DNA of 64,000 bases from Salinispira sp. (GTDB taxonomy: Bacteria; Spirochaetota; Spirochaetia; DSM-27196; Salinispiraceae), in the NCBI GenBank assembly GCA_965602015.1, contig OZ271918.1:3136001-3200000 (forward strand), in the 5' to 3' direction. Each line of letters opens with the position of its first letter. The stretch's first letter is position 1. This document shows, in pieces, positions 63,477 to 64,000 of this stretch. The translations under genes were made by a program, and so were the position numbers. Under the pieces are notes generated by a model. That model saw only the letters and a list, made by a program, of their open reading frames with translations. It searched no databases and was not told the origin of the DNA.

Positions 63477-64000
63477 CTACATTCGCGCACCAATGCGGTT
63501 GCCCGACTCGTAGCGCCTGAGCCCGAGATAGAATAACGCTATGGCCGCGGCGAGGAACAGCCCGTCCACAACCAGCAGAAGGAGCATTCGCTGCCAGAAA
63601 ACTCCCCCGGCAAATACCCCGGCGGCCAGCTCCGCGGGTACCCAGGCCGTCCAGGCGACGGGAATCATCGAGTGCAAAATCCACCGGACCGGCCCTTTGA
63701 ACACCGAGCCGGGGTAAATGGAAAAACTGATAAACGCCTCGGTAGCCAGGTGGGCGGTGCCCTCGGCGTTCCCCATAAAAAAGGTCAGCGAGTGAAACAG
63801 CACGAATACCGCCGTGGTCATCAACGCTCCGAGAATAATGAACACCAGAAAAAGCAGCCACTGGGTGGGTCCCGCACCCTGGGTAAAGGCGAAAAGCAGA
63901 ACGCCGTACATCAAATCTCCCAACCCGGATACCTGCATCCTGCTTCCGAGGATGTTCGGCAGGAGTTGGGCGGGCTGGAGCAGATATACATCGACATCCC
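63477..64000 (-). CDS. ABC-2 family transporter permease (DUF990-like), 5'-truncated
   Basis: Frame open to the window edge: DVYLLQP..., F..YP..F, C-terminal GLRRYESG. Confidence 0.85.
   Translation of the reverse strand, partial: DVDVYLLQPAQLLPNILGSRMQVSGLGDLMYGVLLFAFTQGAGPTQWLLFLVFIILGALMTTAVFVLFHSLTFFMGNAEGTAHLATEAFISFSIYPGSVFKGPVRWILHSMIPVAWTAWVPAELAAGVFAGGVFWQRMLLLLVVDGLFLAAAIALFYLGLRRYESGNRIGARM

Overview
Core-chromosome segment of a GC-rich (visually about 55%) bacterium, most likely a free-living spirochaete (Spirochaetales-like). This is inferred from the rplM-rpsI-recX and rsmI-flgM gene order, a cyclophilin-FKBP fusion, an HATPase-like/HDOD protein and a 7TM-DISM adenylate cyclase. 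The window holds about 50 CDS and one tRNA-Ala(GGC). Contents: ribosomal proteins L13/S9, RecX, fatty-acid synthesis (fabF, fabG, fabH), an AddAB-type helicase/nuclease pair, a Nif3-lspA-amylase-alpha2-macroglobulin-PBP1C run, a LonC-type protease, glutaredoxin/OsmC, flgM, aspS, serA, a sigma54-controlled TolC/MacAB-type efflux cluster with its own two-component system, a pullulanase and several transporters. I found no integrase, transposase, prophage, CRISPR array or recognisable defence system, and no single clearly novel multi-gene system. Best leads: (1) a pbpC-linked alpha2-macroglobulin with no thioester cysteine; (2) a readable sigma54 promoter plus tandem enhancer on the efflux cluster; (3) a 47-48 bp dispersed intergenic element with terminal inverted repeats, present twice; (4) a candidate three-way-junction RNA with twin UCCCGC loops before serA; (5) an in-frame 39-bp tandem repeat inside addA; (6) a possible dual-start PPIase; (7) several apparent pseudoenzymes and leaderless genes. 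All calls come from motif reading by eye; no database searches were run.
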